Shown: positions 9,971 through 20,279 of the stretch, in pieces
Layout of the letters: each line of letters begins with the position of its first letter
Position numbering within the stretch: the first letter of the stretch is position 1
Assembly (NCBI GenBank): GCA_964291415.2
Contig: OZ219918.1
Coordinates: forward strand, 1,216,001 to 1,280,000
Direction: 5' to 3'
Length of the DNA stretch: 64,000 nt
Source of the DNA: Alphaproteobacteria bacterium
GTDB taxonomy: Bacteria; Pseudomonadota; Alphaproteobacteria; SP197
Program-made: the position numbers and the translations under genes
Notes under the pieces: model-generated
What the model was told of the DNA's origin: nothing
Databases searched by the model: none
Seen by the model: the letters and a program-made list of their open reading frames with translations, nothing else

Positions 9971-12907
9971 ATGCCCCGATGGCTCAAAGGATCCGGGAGA
10001 ACCGTCGCGTTCGTCGTGCTTGTCGCCGGCGTGGTCACGATCGCCGGTTTCCATGGTGCCCGCCACGAGATTGCCGGATGGCTGATCAGCCGCAGCCTCG
10101 GCGATGCGGTCGCCGGTTTCGAGGTGGCGGAGGTGACGCTGGGGACCGTCACCATGACCAACGTCACGTTCAATCCGCGAGGCACACTCGACGAGGTCCG
10201 GGCCCAGTGGAGTTTCGGCGGACTGGCCGGCGGTCGCCTCGACCGGCTGACAATCAGGGGGTGGAACACGGATTGGCCCACCCTGTCGGAGATGGCTGCC
10301 GGCATGACCGCGCTGGCGGAAGACGTCGTCACCGAGGACACGCATGTCGACGTTTCCGGGCCATGGGGCGACATCGTCCTTCGCTTTGACGCGGAGCTCA
10401 CCGATCAGCGGACGGGGCTGACTGGCACAGGGGAATGGCAGGCAGCCCTGATGGGTCTGGAGGGCGCCGGTGACCTTGCCCTCACCTGGCACGGTGTCGA
10501 GGACCGGGCGGTGATCGATATCGCGCCGAAGGGAAATGGCGAGGCAAGGGGCGCCGGACTTCCCGGTGGCCGCATCGTGGTGGAGGGTCTGACGAGCCGT
10601 CAGCCGGTGGCCGGGATCCGTCTGGCGTGGCCCGGCCTCGCGGCAGGTGACCTTGACATCGAAGGTGCCGTCGACGGCACAGGCTTCACGGGGACGGCCT
10701 CCCTCTCCGGCGGCAGGGTTTCCCTTGCCGCCGACATCGGTGTCACGGGCAAAGGCGAAGTCTGGCAGGTGGAGGGAATGGTGACCTCGGGCACGTTGGT
10801 CCATGCGGCCCTGCAACTCGACGCCCGGATCGCCGATGTTTCCGATCCGGCAAGCTGGATGATCACGGGCGATGGAGTCGTGCGGACAACCGACATGCAT
10901 CTGGGGCCATGGCTGGCGATGGAGGATGCGAGCGCCGACGTGAACCTCTCCGTCGAGGGTGGTCGATTGCGGGCGTCGCTTGGCGCGCCGCTGCCCGTCG
11001 TTCTCGATCTTGGCGATGGCCTGCGCCTTGATCTTGCCCTGGAGATGGCGTCGCTGGAGGCGAGGCGGCGGGGTGATGGCGCCGAACTCACCGTGGCCCT
11101 CGAGACATCGGGTGAGGTGGCAGGCCGGGGACGGGGCCGGGCACTCGTCACGGCTGATGTCGCATTCGACGGCGCCGGCGATGTTGTCGCACTCAGAATT
11201 CCGGATCTCGACCTCGTCATGGAGGGTGATGTGTCGGGCCATGTCACCGGATCGGCCGACGTTGCCGGTGGACCGGATGCATGGCGAGGAGGCATCGGCA
11301 TTCACGGTCTTTTGGAAGAGGTGGTGATGTCTGACGCCACCTTCTACAACGTCACTTTCGATCTGCCGCTGACACTGGCGACCGGAAACAGCGACCACCT
11401 CCTGCGGAGCAATTCATCGGCGCTGCTGCATGTCGGCGAGGTTCGCAGCCACGCCATGGTCGTGGGCGGTGTGGACCTGGAGTTGCCGTTCGGAATCGAT
11501 GTCATGGAACGCGGCATCGAGGTTCGTCAGAGCGATACCGGCTGGATCGACCTGCAGACGTTCACACATGGTCCCGTGCGCCTGGTGGGGCCGCTCTCCG
11601 TCAAGCTTGAAAAGGAGTCACTCCCCCTCTTTGTCCTGGAACAGCTGGGAAAGGACCTGTCCTGGGATCTGCGTCTGCAGCTCAGCGATACACCGCTCCA
11701 TGCTGTCGTTCTCGATGACACTCCGCGTCCCGCGGTCATCGAGGGAATCCTGCCGGATCTCGGGATCCGCCTCGAGAGCCTTGGCGCCCACTACCTGCAG
11801 GCAACCATGGAGGCAGAAGGTGGTGATCTCGTCGTCAGGGGACCAGACCTCAGGGTCAGGGATGTCCGTGCCCTCCTCAACTACAATTCGGGCCTGTCGC
11901 CCTGGCCACAGTTCAGTGCCGACGTGAGAAAGATCGATGACTTGAGAGACCCGCAACGCTTTACCCGGATGTCAGTGGACGTGGTGGCGACACCGGTGTG
12001 GCCGGAAGGCGACGATGCACGCCTGTCGATGACCCTCCACACCGACAAGACCCGGTTTGTCGGTGCCGTCGATGCCCGTTACATGCCGGAACGAGGCCGT
12101 CTCGAAGCATCCGTCAGGACAGCCAGCGCGCTGTTCGAGGTCCCGGGACTGCAGCCTGCGGACCTCTCCCCTCTTTATGGTGCGCCATTCAGCGATGTCA
12201 GTGGAGGCGTGGCGATCACGGGAACACTCTGGCTCGAAGGAGAGGAGTCTGGCGCCGATCTCTCCGTCGACATCAATGACGTCTCTGCCAGTATCGCTGG
12301 TGTCCAGGTGCGGCATGCCTCCGGCACCACCACCTTCACCAACCTCCTGCCACTGGAGACATCGTCTGCCCAGGCGTTCACGATCGCCGGCCTCGACGCT
12401 CCCCTGCCGCTCCACGATGTCGAAGTCATGCTGTCTTGGCCCGGCGACGGCACGGTGGTGGTCGAGAGCGCGGTGGCTCGCCTGCCAACGGGTCAACCGT
12501 TCAGGGTCGAGCCCGCGGGCCGTGATGGTCACGCGATGAGATTCCGTCTTTCCGGCCTTGATGCCGTATCCCTGCTCGACCATGCCGGGGTGGCGGGACT
12601 CGATCTGGAGAGTCGGCTCGATGGTGAGGTCGCGGTGTTGACTGGCGAGGCGGGCCTTGTGATCGACATGGCCGAACTCCGCACCTCGTCGCCGGGAGTC
12701 GTTGCTTTCGCCGGCAGCGGAATGCGGGCCTACGATGCGCTGGTGTTCCACTACGACCGCCAACAAGGGACATCTGGATCGATGCATGTCACGATGACGG
12801 AAGGCCGGTGCCGGTTGCGCCAGGAGTTCTCTCTCGGTCACGGTATCCACGCGCTGGCCGGCGCAGTCGCGGCTTGGATGGGTAACGCTCGATGCGACAG
12901 CACGTGA
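9971..12907 (+). CDS. large N-terminally anchored beta-rich protein, possibly YdbH/AsmA-like
   Basis: One N-terminal TM helix, then about 950 aa of alternating beta-strand pattern typical of bridge-like lipid-transfer proteins. Confidence 0.5.
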   Translation: MPRWLKGSGRTVAFVVLVAGVVTIAGFHGARHEIAGWLISRSLGDAVAGFEVAEVTLGTVTMTNVTFNPRGTLDEVRAQWSFGGLAGGRLDRLTIRGWNTDWPTLSEMAAGMTALAEDVVTEDTHVDVSGPWGDIVLRFDAELTDQRTGLTGTGEWQAALMGLEGAGDLALTWHGVEDRAVIDIAPKGNGEARGAGLPGGRIVVEGLTSRQPVAGIRLAWPGLAAGDLDIEGAVDGTGFTGTASLSGGRVSLAADIGVTGKGEVWQVEGMVTSGTLVHAALQLDARIADVSDPASWMITGDGVVRTTDMHLGPWLAMEDASADVNLSVEGGRLRASLGAPLPVVLDLGDGLRLDLALEMASLEARRRGDGAELTVALETSGEVAGRGRGRALVTADVAFDGAGDVVALRIPDLDLVMEGDVSGHVTGSADVAGGPDAWRGGIGIHGLLEEVVMSDATFYNVTFDLPLTLATGNSDHLLRSNSSALLHVGEVRSHAMVVGGVDLELPFGIDVMERGIEVRQSDTGWIDLQTFTHGPVRLVGPLSVKLEKESLPLFVLEQLGKDLSWDLRLQLSDTPLHAVVLDDTPRPAVIEGILPDLGIRLESLGAHYLQATMEAEGGDLVVRGPDLRVRDVRALLNYNSGLSPWPQFSADVRKIDDLRDPQRFTRMSVDVVATPVWPEGDDARLSMTLHTDKTRFVGAVDARYMPERGRLEASVRTASALFEVPGLQPADLSPLYGAPFSDVSGGVAITGTLWLEGEESGADLSVDINDVSASIAGVQVRHASGTTTFTNLLPLETSSAQAFTIAGLDAPLPLHDVEVMLSWPGDGTVVVESAVARLPTGQPFRVEPAGRDGHAMRFRLSGLDAVSLLDHAGVAGLDLESRLDGEVAVLTGEAGLVIDMAELRTSSPGVVAFAGSGMRAYDALVFHYDRQQGTSGSMHVTMTEGRCRLRQEFSLGHGIHALAGAVAAWMGNARCDST

Positions 12908-13812
12908 AGGACGATACCGGACTTCTTCCCGGGTCGATCGACGAGACCGTTCACCTTCTCGAATCGGAGGGTTACGTAACGGGACGCAGTCTTGCCTGCG
13001 CCATATATCTTGCGCTGGCCATGGAAAGACCGCTTTTTCTCGAAGGCGAGGCCGGCGTTGGCAAGACGGAGACGGCAAAGGTGCTGGCAAGGGCGCTCGG
13101 CCGCCGGCTGATCCGTCTGCAGTGCTATGAGGGCCTCGATGTGGCCCAGGCGGTCTATGAGTGGAACTACCCGCGGCAGATGGTGGAGATCCGGCTGGCA
13201 GAGGCTGCCGGGGCGGTCGATCGCGATGCGGTCTCCGGTGCGATCTATCGCGACGAATTCCTGCTCAGCCGGCCTGTCCTCGAGGCGTTGCGTCCCCATG
13301 GCGAGGGACCGCCCGTCCTTCTCATTGACGAGATCGATCGCACGGACGAACCCTTCGAGGCCTACCTGCTGGAGGTGTTGTCCGAATGGCAGGTCAGCAT
13401 TCCCGAACTGGGAACGGTGACGGCCGAACGGCCGCCGATCGTCATCATCACCTCGAATCGGACACGCGAAGTGCATGACGCACTCAAGCGTCGCTGCTTC
13501 TACCACTGGGTCGACTACCCCTCGCCCGAGCGGGAGATCGAGATCGTGGAGCGCAAGGTGCCCGGATGCGCGGACCGGCTCGGTGCTGAAATCGTCAGGT
13601 TTGTCCAGGTCCTGCGCCGCCAGGACCTCTACAAGACCCCCGGAGTTGCCGAGACCCTCGATTGGGCGATGGCTCTCGAGCACTTCAACACCCGATCACT
13701 GGAACCGGGAATTGTCGACAGTTCGCTGGGGGTGCTGCTCAAGCATCAGGACGATGTCCGGACCATCAGGGACACCGGTATCGAGGTACTCTTGAAGGAA
13801 GACGGCACGTGA
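12904..13812 (+). CDS. MoxR family AAA+ ATPase (CoxD-like)
   Basis: Walker A GEAGVGKT, RLQCYEGLD, LLIDEIDR, TSNRTREVHDALKRRC. Confidence 0.92.
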   Translation: MKDDTGLLPGSIDETVHLLESEGYVTGRSLACAIYLALAMERPLFLEGEAGVGKTETAKVLARALGRRLIRLQCYEGLDVAQAVYEWNYPRQMVEIRLAEAAGAVDRDAVSGAIYRDEFLLSRPVLEALRPHGEGPPVLLIDEIDRTDEPFEAYLLEVLSEWQVSIPELGTVTAERPPIVIITSNRTREVHDALKRRCFYHWVDYPSPEREIEIVERKVPGCADRLGAEIVRFVQVLRRQDLYKTPGVAETLDWAMALEHFNTRSLEPGIVDSSLGVLLKHQDDVRTIRDTGIEVLLKEDGT

Positions 13813-14993
13813 GCGCGTTCCTGGCAAACGTGGTGCGCTTTGCCGGTTCCCTGCGGGCCGCCGGCCTGGCGGCGGGACCGGACAAGGTGCCAGACGCCCT
13901 CCGGGCACTGGACCTGGCAGGCGTCACCCGGCGGGAGGATGTCTTCTGGCTGTGGCACGCCATCTTTGTTTCGCACGCCCACGAAAGCGATCTCTTCACC
14001 GCGATCTTTCATCGCTTCTGGTCGGGGGAATCCGCTGACCGAGAGGCCATGGAGGAAGCCGTTGTCGAAGCCGGCGCGACGACCGCTGGACTGCCGGACG
14101 GCGTCAGGGAAGACAATCCACGTGGCCCGCAGACCGGTGAACAGGGAACCTGGTCGGCCGCCGAGGCACTGCGCACGATGGACTTTGCCGACATGGACGA
14201 AGACGAAATGGCACGGGCGCGACAGGCGGTGGCAAAGATGTCGGTTGCCTTTGCTCCGCTTGCCGGCCGCCGCTTCAGGCCTTCGCCCTCCGGCCGTCAA
14301 ATCGATCTGAGGGCAGCGCTGCAGGGTGGCGTACGTCAGCCCGGCGGCATGATCACGCTGCCTCTCGTCCGGCGGGTCGACAAGCCGCCTGGCGTGGTGC
14401 TTCTGTGCGACATTTCCGGTTCCATGATCGACTACGCGCGCATGCTGATCTGTTTCGCCCATGCCCTGTCGGTGCTTGGCCGCAGTGCGGGCACCCGTCG
14501 ATGGACTGCCGGCGCGATGAAGGTCCATACCTTTACCTTCGGCACCCGGTTGACCGATATCACCCGCGATCTGGCGACGCGCGATGCCGCGACAGGCCTG
14601 AGCACGGTCGCGGAGCGTGTGGCGGACTGGTCCGGCGGCACCCGCATCGGCGAGTGCCTCGGGACCTTCAATCGCGGCTGGGGCCGGCGTCTTCCCGGCC
14701 AGGGCACGATTGTCATTCTCGTCACCGACGGCCTTGACCGCGATGTCGGTGGCAGCCTCGCGACCGAGATGGCGATGCTCAGGCGTTCGTGCCGCAAACT
14801 GGTATGGCTCAACCCCCTGTTGCGCTGGCGTGAATTCCAGCCCCGCACATGGGGGATCCGCACGATGCTGCCGCATGTCGACGGGTTCCTTCCATGCCAT
14901 AATCTCGCGAGTCTCGAAAACCTGGCGGAGGTTCTTGCCAGACCGGGACGCGGATCTGCGGAGGACATGGCAGGATGGCTGAGAGCGGCTTGA
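13809..14993 (+). CDS. VWA domain protein (CoxE-like)
   Basis: MIDAS CDISGSM, DWSGGTRIGECL, TDGLDR, WLNPLLR. GTG start overlaps the upstream stop. Confidence 0.9.
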   Translation: MSAFLANVVRFAGSLRAAGLAAGPDKVPDALRALDLAGVTRREDVFWLWHAIFVSHAHESDLFTAIFHRFWSGESADREAMEEAVVEAGATTAGLPDGVREDNPRGPQTGEQGTWSAAEALRTMDFADMDEDEMARARQAVAKMSVAFAPLAGRRFRPSPSGRQIDLRAALQGGVRQPGGMITLPLVRRVDKPPGVVLLCDISGSMIDYARMLICFAHALSVLGRSAGTRRWTAGAMKVHTFTFGTRLTDITRDLATRDAATGLSTVAERVADWSGGTRIGECLGTFNRGWGRRLPGQGTIVILVTDGLDRDVGGSLATEMAMLRRSCRKLVWLNPLLRWREFQPRTWGIRTMLPHVDGFLPCHNLASLENLAEVLARPGRGSAEDMAGWLRAA

Positions 14994-15304
14994 TGGAGGA
15001 TGTTCTGGAGACGGCCGAGGCCTGGTCCGGGGACGGTTACCGGGTGGCGCTGGCCACCGTGACCAGGACATGGGGGTCGAGCCCGCGCCCCGTGGGGAGC
15101 CAGCTCGTGGTGCGCCAGGATGGCTCGTTCCGGGGTTCCGTGTCGGGTGGTTGCATCGAGTCTGCGGTCGTCGAGAGTGCGCGCGAGGTGATCGCGGACG
15201 GAAAGGTGCGCACCCTGGAGTTTACAGTCTCCAACGAACGTGCCTGGGAAGTGGGGCTGACCTGCGGAGGTACGATTCAGGTCTTCGTCGCGCCACTGAC
15301 ATGA
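14975..15304 (+). CDS. XdhC/CoxI family protein, N-terminal module
   Basis: ALATVTRTWGSSPRPVGS, GSVSGGCIE, GLTCGGTI. Confidence 0.9.
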   Translation: MAESGLMEDVLETAEAWSGDGYRVALATVTRTWGSSPRPVGSQLVVRQDGSFRGSVSGGCIESAVVESAREVIADGKVRTLEFTVSNERAWEVGLTCGGTIQVFVAPLT

Positions 15305-15984
15305 AGAGCGCCACGCTCACGGCCCTCAACGAGGCTCGAAAGAAGCGGGAGGGCGTCATTCACGCGACCTGGCTCGACAGCGGCGAATCATGGCTGATCT
15401 GCCGCGACGATGCTCCTGATGCCGACCTGGCCCGGGACGTTGGCCAGGCGTTCCGGCTCGATCAATCCCGGACGCTGGAGGTGAAGGGCCGACCACTCTT
15501 CCTCCATGTCTTCAATCCGCCCGTGCGGCTGATCATCGTCGGTGCCGTTCATGTGGCGCAGCCGTTGGCGGTCCTTGCCGGAACAACGGGTATCGACCCT
15601 GTGATCGTCGATCCCCGTCGCGCCTGGGCCGATGTCGGGCGATTCCCCGATGTACGCGTGATCGAGGCCTGGCCGGACGATGCACTGGCGCAACTGAAGC
15701 CGGACCACCGCACGGCCGTGGCCGCACTGACCCACGATCCCCGCATCGATGATCCGGCACTGATCGCCGCGCTCAATTCGCCGGCCTTCTACATCGGCGC
15801 CCTGGGCAGCCGGCGCAGCCATGCAAGGCGCCTGGAACGCCTCGCGGATGAGGGACTTGACGGCCTTGCCATGGCGCGAATTCACGGGCCCGTCGGTCTC
15901 GACATCGGGGCGCGATCGGCAGAGGAGATCGCGCTTTCGATCATGGCGGAAGTCGTCGCCGCCCGGAACGGAAAACTGCCGTGA
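15301..15984 (+). CDS. XdhC/CoxF family protein, Rossmann module
   Basis: IIVGAVHVAQ, LTHDPRIDD, YIGALGSRRSH, GPVGLDIGA. Confidence 0.9.
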   Translation: MKSATLTALNEARKKREGVIHATWLDSGESWLICRDDAPDADLARDVGQAFRLDQSRTLEVKGRPLFLHVFNPPVRLIIVGAVHVAQPLAVLAGTTGIDPVIVDPRRAWADVGRFPDVRVIEAWPDDALAQLKPDHRTAVAALTHDPRIDDPALIAALNSPAFYIGALGSRRSHARRLERLADEGLDGLAMARIHGPVGLDIGARSAEEIALSIMAEVVAARNGKLP

Positions 15985-17606
15985 GATTCGCAGACAAGCC
16001 GGTGCTCGACGCGCTGGGCGGGATTCTTGCCCACAGCGTCACGATTGAAGGGCGTACCGTGAGGAAGGGGCGCCGCCTTGACGAGGCGCTCGCCGACGAA
16101 CTTCTGGCAGCCGGCGTCACGTCGCTCTACGTCGCCATGCTCGACACCGGTGATGTCCTGGAGGATGAAGCGGCAACCAGGGTCGCAGAGGCCCTTGCGG
16201 GGTCCCATCTTCTGGTGCAAGCCGCGTCAAGGGGCCGGGTCGACATTGTCGCCCGAAGGCCAGGTCTTGTGGTGATCGACACCGTTGTGCTGGAGGCCGT
16301 GAACGGTGTCGATGAAGCGGTGACGGTTGCCACGTTGCCCGGCTTCGAACCGGTGGGTGAGGGCGAGAGGGTGGCGACCATCAAGATCATTCCCTTCGCC
16401 GTGCCATCGGCCACCGTTGCGGCCTGCGTCGGCCTGGTCGAAGCGCCGGCACTCGCGATCGCCCCCTTCGCCGCCTGGCGCACAGGCCTCGTCATGACCA
16501 CCTCGCCGGCGGTGAAGTCCCGGGTTCTCGACCGCACCCAGAGTGTGGTGACCGCGAGAATCGAGGGATTCGGACTGTGCCTCGGCGACAGCGTCAGGAC
16601 CCCGCACCGGACTCCGGACCTCGCGGACACCATCACCCGCATGGCCACGAGCCACGATGTCGTTCTCGTCTACGGCGCCTCTGCCATCTCGGACCGCAGG
16701 GATGTCATCCCGGCCGCGATTGAGACCGCGGGGGGTGTGGTCGATCATCTCGGCATGCCGGTCGATCCTGGCAATCTCCTGCTTCTCGCCCACATCGGAA
16801 GCACCCGTGTTCTCGGTCTTCCGGGGTGTGCCAGGTCGCCGCAGCCCAATGGACTCGATCTCGTTCTGGGGCGGCTCGCCGCAGGAATCCACGTGACCGG
16901 CGCGGACATCCAGGCCATGGGTGTCGGCGGCCTCCTCAAGGGACGGCCTTCGGGTGTCCTTCCCGTGGCGGGAAGCCGCAAGGGAATGCCGGCTGCGATC
17001 GTCCTGGCGGCGGGCCGCAGCCGGCGCATGGGCGGGCACAACAAGCTCCTGATGACGATCGATGGTGTGCCCATGATCCGTCACGTGGTGAACGCGCTTC
17101 TTGCGGCCGGAATTGCGGTCATTCGGGTCGTGACCGGCCATCAGGCCTCCGCCGTGCGTGCGGCCCTGGAGGGCTGTGCCGTCTCGTTTGTCGACAACAG
17201 CGAGCACGAAGCGGGGCTCAGCACGTCACTGAAGGCGGGACTCGATGCGCTCCCCGCCTCCTGCGGAGCCGCACTCGTCTGCCTGGGCGACATGCCGGCT
17301 GTCGCTGGTCCGGCGTTGCGTTCCCTTGTCCGTGCATGGCAGGGTTCGAAGGCCAAGGCGATCGTTGTGCCGACGTGGAATGGCCGCCGGGGCAATCCCG
17401 TTCTGTGGGACAGCAGCTTCTTCCAGGCGATGCGCAGGGTGACGGGCGACGCCGGCGCCAGGCACCTGATCGGCGAGTACGCCGACTACGTGATCGAGGT
17501 GGCGATGGACGACGGAGCCGTTCTGGTGGATATCGACACGCCGGAAGACGCAAGCGGTCTCGTCATGGCCGACGGCGAGGCAGATCGGGGGAAGCGCGAA
17601 CGATGA
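15981..17606 (+). CDS. molybdopterin-binding domain / MocA-like nucleotidyltransferase fusion
   Basis: GMPVDPGNLL and GLPGCARS, then VLAAGRSRRMG, LGDMP, GNPVLW, DIDTPED. Confidence 0.88.
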   Translation: MRFADKPVLDALGGILAHSVTIEGRTVRKGRRLDEALADELLAAGVTSLYVAMLDTGDVLEDEAATRVAEALAGSHLLVQAASRGRVDIVARRPGLVVIDTVVLEAVNGVDEAVTVATLPGFEPVGEGERVATIKIIPFAVPSATVAACVGLVEAPALAIAPFAAWRTGLVMTTSPAVKSRVLDRTQSVVTARIEGFGLCLGDSVRTPHRTPDLADTITRMATSHDVVLVYGASAISDRRDVIPAAIETAGGVVDHLGMPVDPGNLLLLAHIGSTRVLGLPGCARSPQPNGLDLVLGRLAAGIHVTGADIQAMGVGGLLKGRPSGVLPVAGSRKGMPAAIVLAAGRSRRMGGHNKLLMTIDGVPMIRHVVNALLAAGIAVIRVVTGHQASAVRAALEGCAVSFVDNSEHEAGLSTSLKAGLDALPASCGAALVCLGDMPAVAGPALRSLVRAWQGSKAKAIVVPTWNGRRGNPVLWDSSFFQAMRRVTGDAGARHLIGEYADYVIEVAMDDGAVLVDIDTPEDASGLVMADGEADRGKRER

Positions 17607-18832
17607 GCGTGACGATCGACTCCATCAACCAGGCCTCACGCGTGATTGCGGGACATGTCGTCAGGACGCCCTGTGTCCAATCGCGCACGTTGTCGACAAT
17701 GAGCGGAGCCGACGTCTTCGTGAAATTCGAGAACCAGCAGTTCACGGCATCCTTCAAGGACCGCGGCGCCCTGGTGAAGATCGCCTCGCTCGGAGATGAG
17801 GAACGCTCCCGCGGCGTCATTGCGATGTCAGCCGGCAATCATGCCCAGTCCGTTGCCTACCATGCCCAGCGCCTGGGCATTCCGGCGACCATCGTCATGC
17901 CAGTCGGGGCGTCGGTGGTAAAGGTCCGGAACACCGAGCGCTTTGGCGCCCGGGTCATCCTGACCGGCGAGACCATTGATGATGCGGCGGTGTCCGCCCA
18001 TCTCATGGCGGCCGATGAGAATCTCGTCTTTGTCCATCCCTATCATGATGATCACGTCATGGCAGGGCAGGGGACCCTTGCCCTCGAGATGCTCGAGGAC
18101 GCACCGGATCTCGATGTCATCATCGTCCCGATCGGTGGCGGAGGGCTGATCGGCGGAATCGCCGTTGCCGCCAGGGCCATCCGTCCGGAGGTGGAGATCG
18201 TCGGTGTCGAAGCCGAGATGTTTCCCTCGATGTACCAGCAGCTCAGGGGAATGGAGGTGAAGGCGGGAGGCCGCACAATCGCTGACGGCATTGCGGTGAA
18301 GACGCCCGGAAAGAATGCCATTCCCATCGTCCGGGATCTCGTGTCGGACATTGTCCTGGTGAGCGAAAGCCAGCTTGAACATGCCGTCCAGACCTATCTG
18401 GAAATCGAAAAGACGGTGGCGGAAGGCGGAGGGGCTGCGCCGCTTGCCTGCCTTCTCGCCTGGCCCGAGCGCTTCCGCGGGCGCAAGGTGGGCCTTGTCC
18501 TGTCGGGAGGCAACATCGACAGCCGGGTGCTGTCGATGGTGATCGAGCACGGTCTCGTGCGAGACGGCCGCATGGTCCGTCTCGGCCTGGAGATTCCTGA
18601 TGCACCGGGTGTGCTGGGCAGAGTGTCCGCCATCATCGGCGAAACCGGAGCGAACATCATCGAAGTGCATCACCAGAGGGCGTTCTCCAATCTCTCGGTC
18701 AAGCTTGCCGATCTCGATATCGTTCTTGAAACCCTCGACCGGGATCACATCAGTCGGATTGCAGAACGTCTGCTGGAGGCCGGATTCCGCGTCCAGCCCG
18801 TTGAACCCGTCTCCGGCTCGAGAACGGTCTGA
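17603..18832 (+). CDS. ilvA: threonine ammonia-lyase with C-terminal ACT domain
   Basis: SFKDRGA (PLP lysine), SAGNHAQ, PIGGGGLIGG, LSGGNID, ACT domain at the C-terminus. Confidence 0.88.
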   Translation: MSVTIDSINQASRVIAGHVVRTPCVQSRTLSTMSGADVFVKFENQQFTASFKDRGALVKIASLGDEERSRGVIAMSAGNHAQSVAYHAQRLGIPATIVMPVGASVVKVRNTERFGARVILTGETIDDAAVSAHLMAADENLVFVHPYHDDHVMAGQGTLALEMLEDAPDLDVIIVPIGGGGLIGGIAVAARAIRPEVEIVGVEAEMFPSMYQQLRGMEVKAGGRTIADGIAVKTPGKNAIPIVRDLVSDIVLVSESQLEHAVQTYLEIEKTVAEGGGAAPLACLLAWPERFRGRKVGLVLSGGNIDSRVLSMVIEHGLVRDGRMVRLGLEIPDAPGVLGRVSAIIGETGANIIEVHHQRAFSNLSVKLADLDIVLETLDRDHISRIAERLLEAGFRVQPVEPVSGSRTV

Positions 18833-18920
18833 CACCGTGGGGGCCGCTATGCGCCGGCCGGGGAATCGGCTATGTGTCTCCGGGCCACGGGGGGGTGACT
18901 GATGTTGAAGGGCGTGTGCC

Positions 18921-19667
18921 ATGAGTGGCAGTAGGGATCGTGTTCGGCGCAAGGTGATCTGTGTCGTTCACGGTGAATGGTCAACCACAGGTCGCATCGG
19001 TCGAGTCCTTCGTGAAGGGGGCTACGAGGAGGTGCGCTGCTGTCTGAAAACCGGCGATGTACTTCCCCGGAACGTCCACGAAATCGCCGGCGCCATCATC
19101 TTCGGCGGCCCGATGAGCGCCAATGATGACGGCACGTTGGACTTTATCGCCGCCGAATTGCGCTGGATCGACCGGGTCCTCGAGGCGGGCACGCCGTTCT
19201 TCGGGGTCTGTCTTGGAGCCCAGATGCTCGCCCGCAGCCTCGGTGCTGCCGTGAAGCCGCACGAGGACGGTTGGCACGAGATCGGATTCACGCAGCTGGT
19301 TCCCACGCAATCCGGACGGTCGGTGCTGGGTGATTTGCGCCATGTCTACCAGTGGCACGGGGAGGGTTTCGATCTTCCCCGGGGATGCGAACTTCTCGCC
19401 ACGAGTGTGACAGAACACTTCCCCAACCAGATGTTCTCCTGCGGCCCGAGCGTCTACGGCGTGCAGTTTCACCCCGAATGCACCATCGACATGATCGGCG
19501 AGTGGATGAAGGAGGGAGCGGAGGATCTCGACGAGCGGGGCGCCCAGCAGCCTGAAGAGCAGCTCGCCGACGCCGGCAGGTACGATCACCTGGTCGACGC
19601 GTGGCTGCCGGGCTTCTTCGAACACTGGCTCGGCGCTGCCAACTCCGGGAGGATGGCGGCCGAATAG
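18921..19667 (+). CDS. class I glutamine amidotransferase-like protein
   Basis: GGPMSAND, GVCLGAQML, YQWHGEGF, QFHPE triad motifs. Confidence 0.9.
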   Translation: MSGSRDRVRRKVICVVHGEWSTTGRIGRVLREGGYEEVRCCLKTGDVLPRNVHEIAGAIIFGGPMSANDDGTLDFIAAELRWIDRVLEAGTPFFGVCLGAQMLARSLGAAVKPHEDGWHEIGFTQLVPTQSGRSVLGDLRHVYQWHGEGFDLPRGCELLATSVTEHFPNQMFSCGPSVYGVQFHPECTIDMIGEWMKEGAEDLDERGAQQPEEQLADAGRYDHLVDAWLPGFFEHWLGAANSGRMAAE

Positions 19668-19670
19668 GTG

Positions 19671-20279
19671 TCAGGCCTGCTCCCTGAGAGCCGCTTCCAG
19701 GAGGACAAGCCGGTCGTTGCCCCAGAACATCTGTTCACCGAGGAAGAATGTCGGTACTCCGAATGTCCGGCGCTCAGCAGCCTCGGCGACTCTCGCTTCC
19801 ATCTCGTCGCCGAGGCTGCCGCTTGCCAGATCGCTCCGAAACCTCCCGACATCGAGGCCGCAGGCTCCGGCCGCCTGTTCAAAATCTTCCTGGGCCAGCT
19901 TCTCGCCGGGAGTGATGAAGATGAGCGACATCACCGCCCTGGACATGGACTCCACGGCGCCCTGGCGTTCGCCGGCCAGGCAGGCGAGCGCGGCCTTCCG
20001 GGCATCGAACGTCAGGCGGTCGACCGGTTCGAGGTACTTGACGCCGTAATGGCGGGCCCACGCCGCCGCGTCCTGCTTGCGGTACTCCCAGTCGTACTGA
20101 CCCGCCCCGCCCTTGAAGGGATCCTCCCCCTTGTGGCCGGCGGAAATGAGCAGGCCGCTCTGCAACGGCAGCCAGCGGAAGCGGCACCCGGTCTCGCGTT
20201 CGATGCGCGCCAGCTGCGTGGAGGCGAGATAGGAGTAGCGGCTGCCCGGACCGAAGTAGAAATCGACCTCTTGGGTCAT
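19671..20279 (-). CDS. 2-hydroxychromene-2-carboxylate isomerase / DsbA-like kappa-GST family protein
   Basis: VDFYFGPGSRYSYLA and FGVPTFFLGEQMFWGNDRL. ATGA overlap with the Rieske gene. Confidence 0.85.
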   Translation of the reverse strand: MTQEVDFYFGPGSRYSYLASTQLARIERETGCRFRWLPLQSGLLISAGHKGEDPFKGGAGQYDWEYRKQDAAAWARHYGVKYLEPVDRLTFDARKAALACLAGERQGAVESMSRAVMSLIFITPGEKLAQEDFEQAAGACGLDVGRFRSDLASGSLGDEMEARVAEAAERRTFGVPTFFLGEQMFWGNDRLVLLEAALREQA

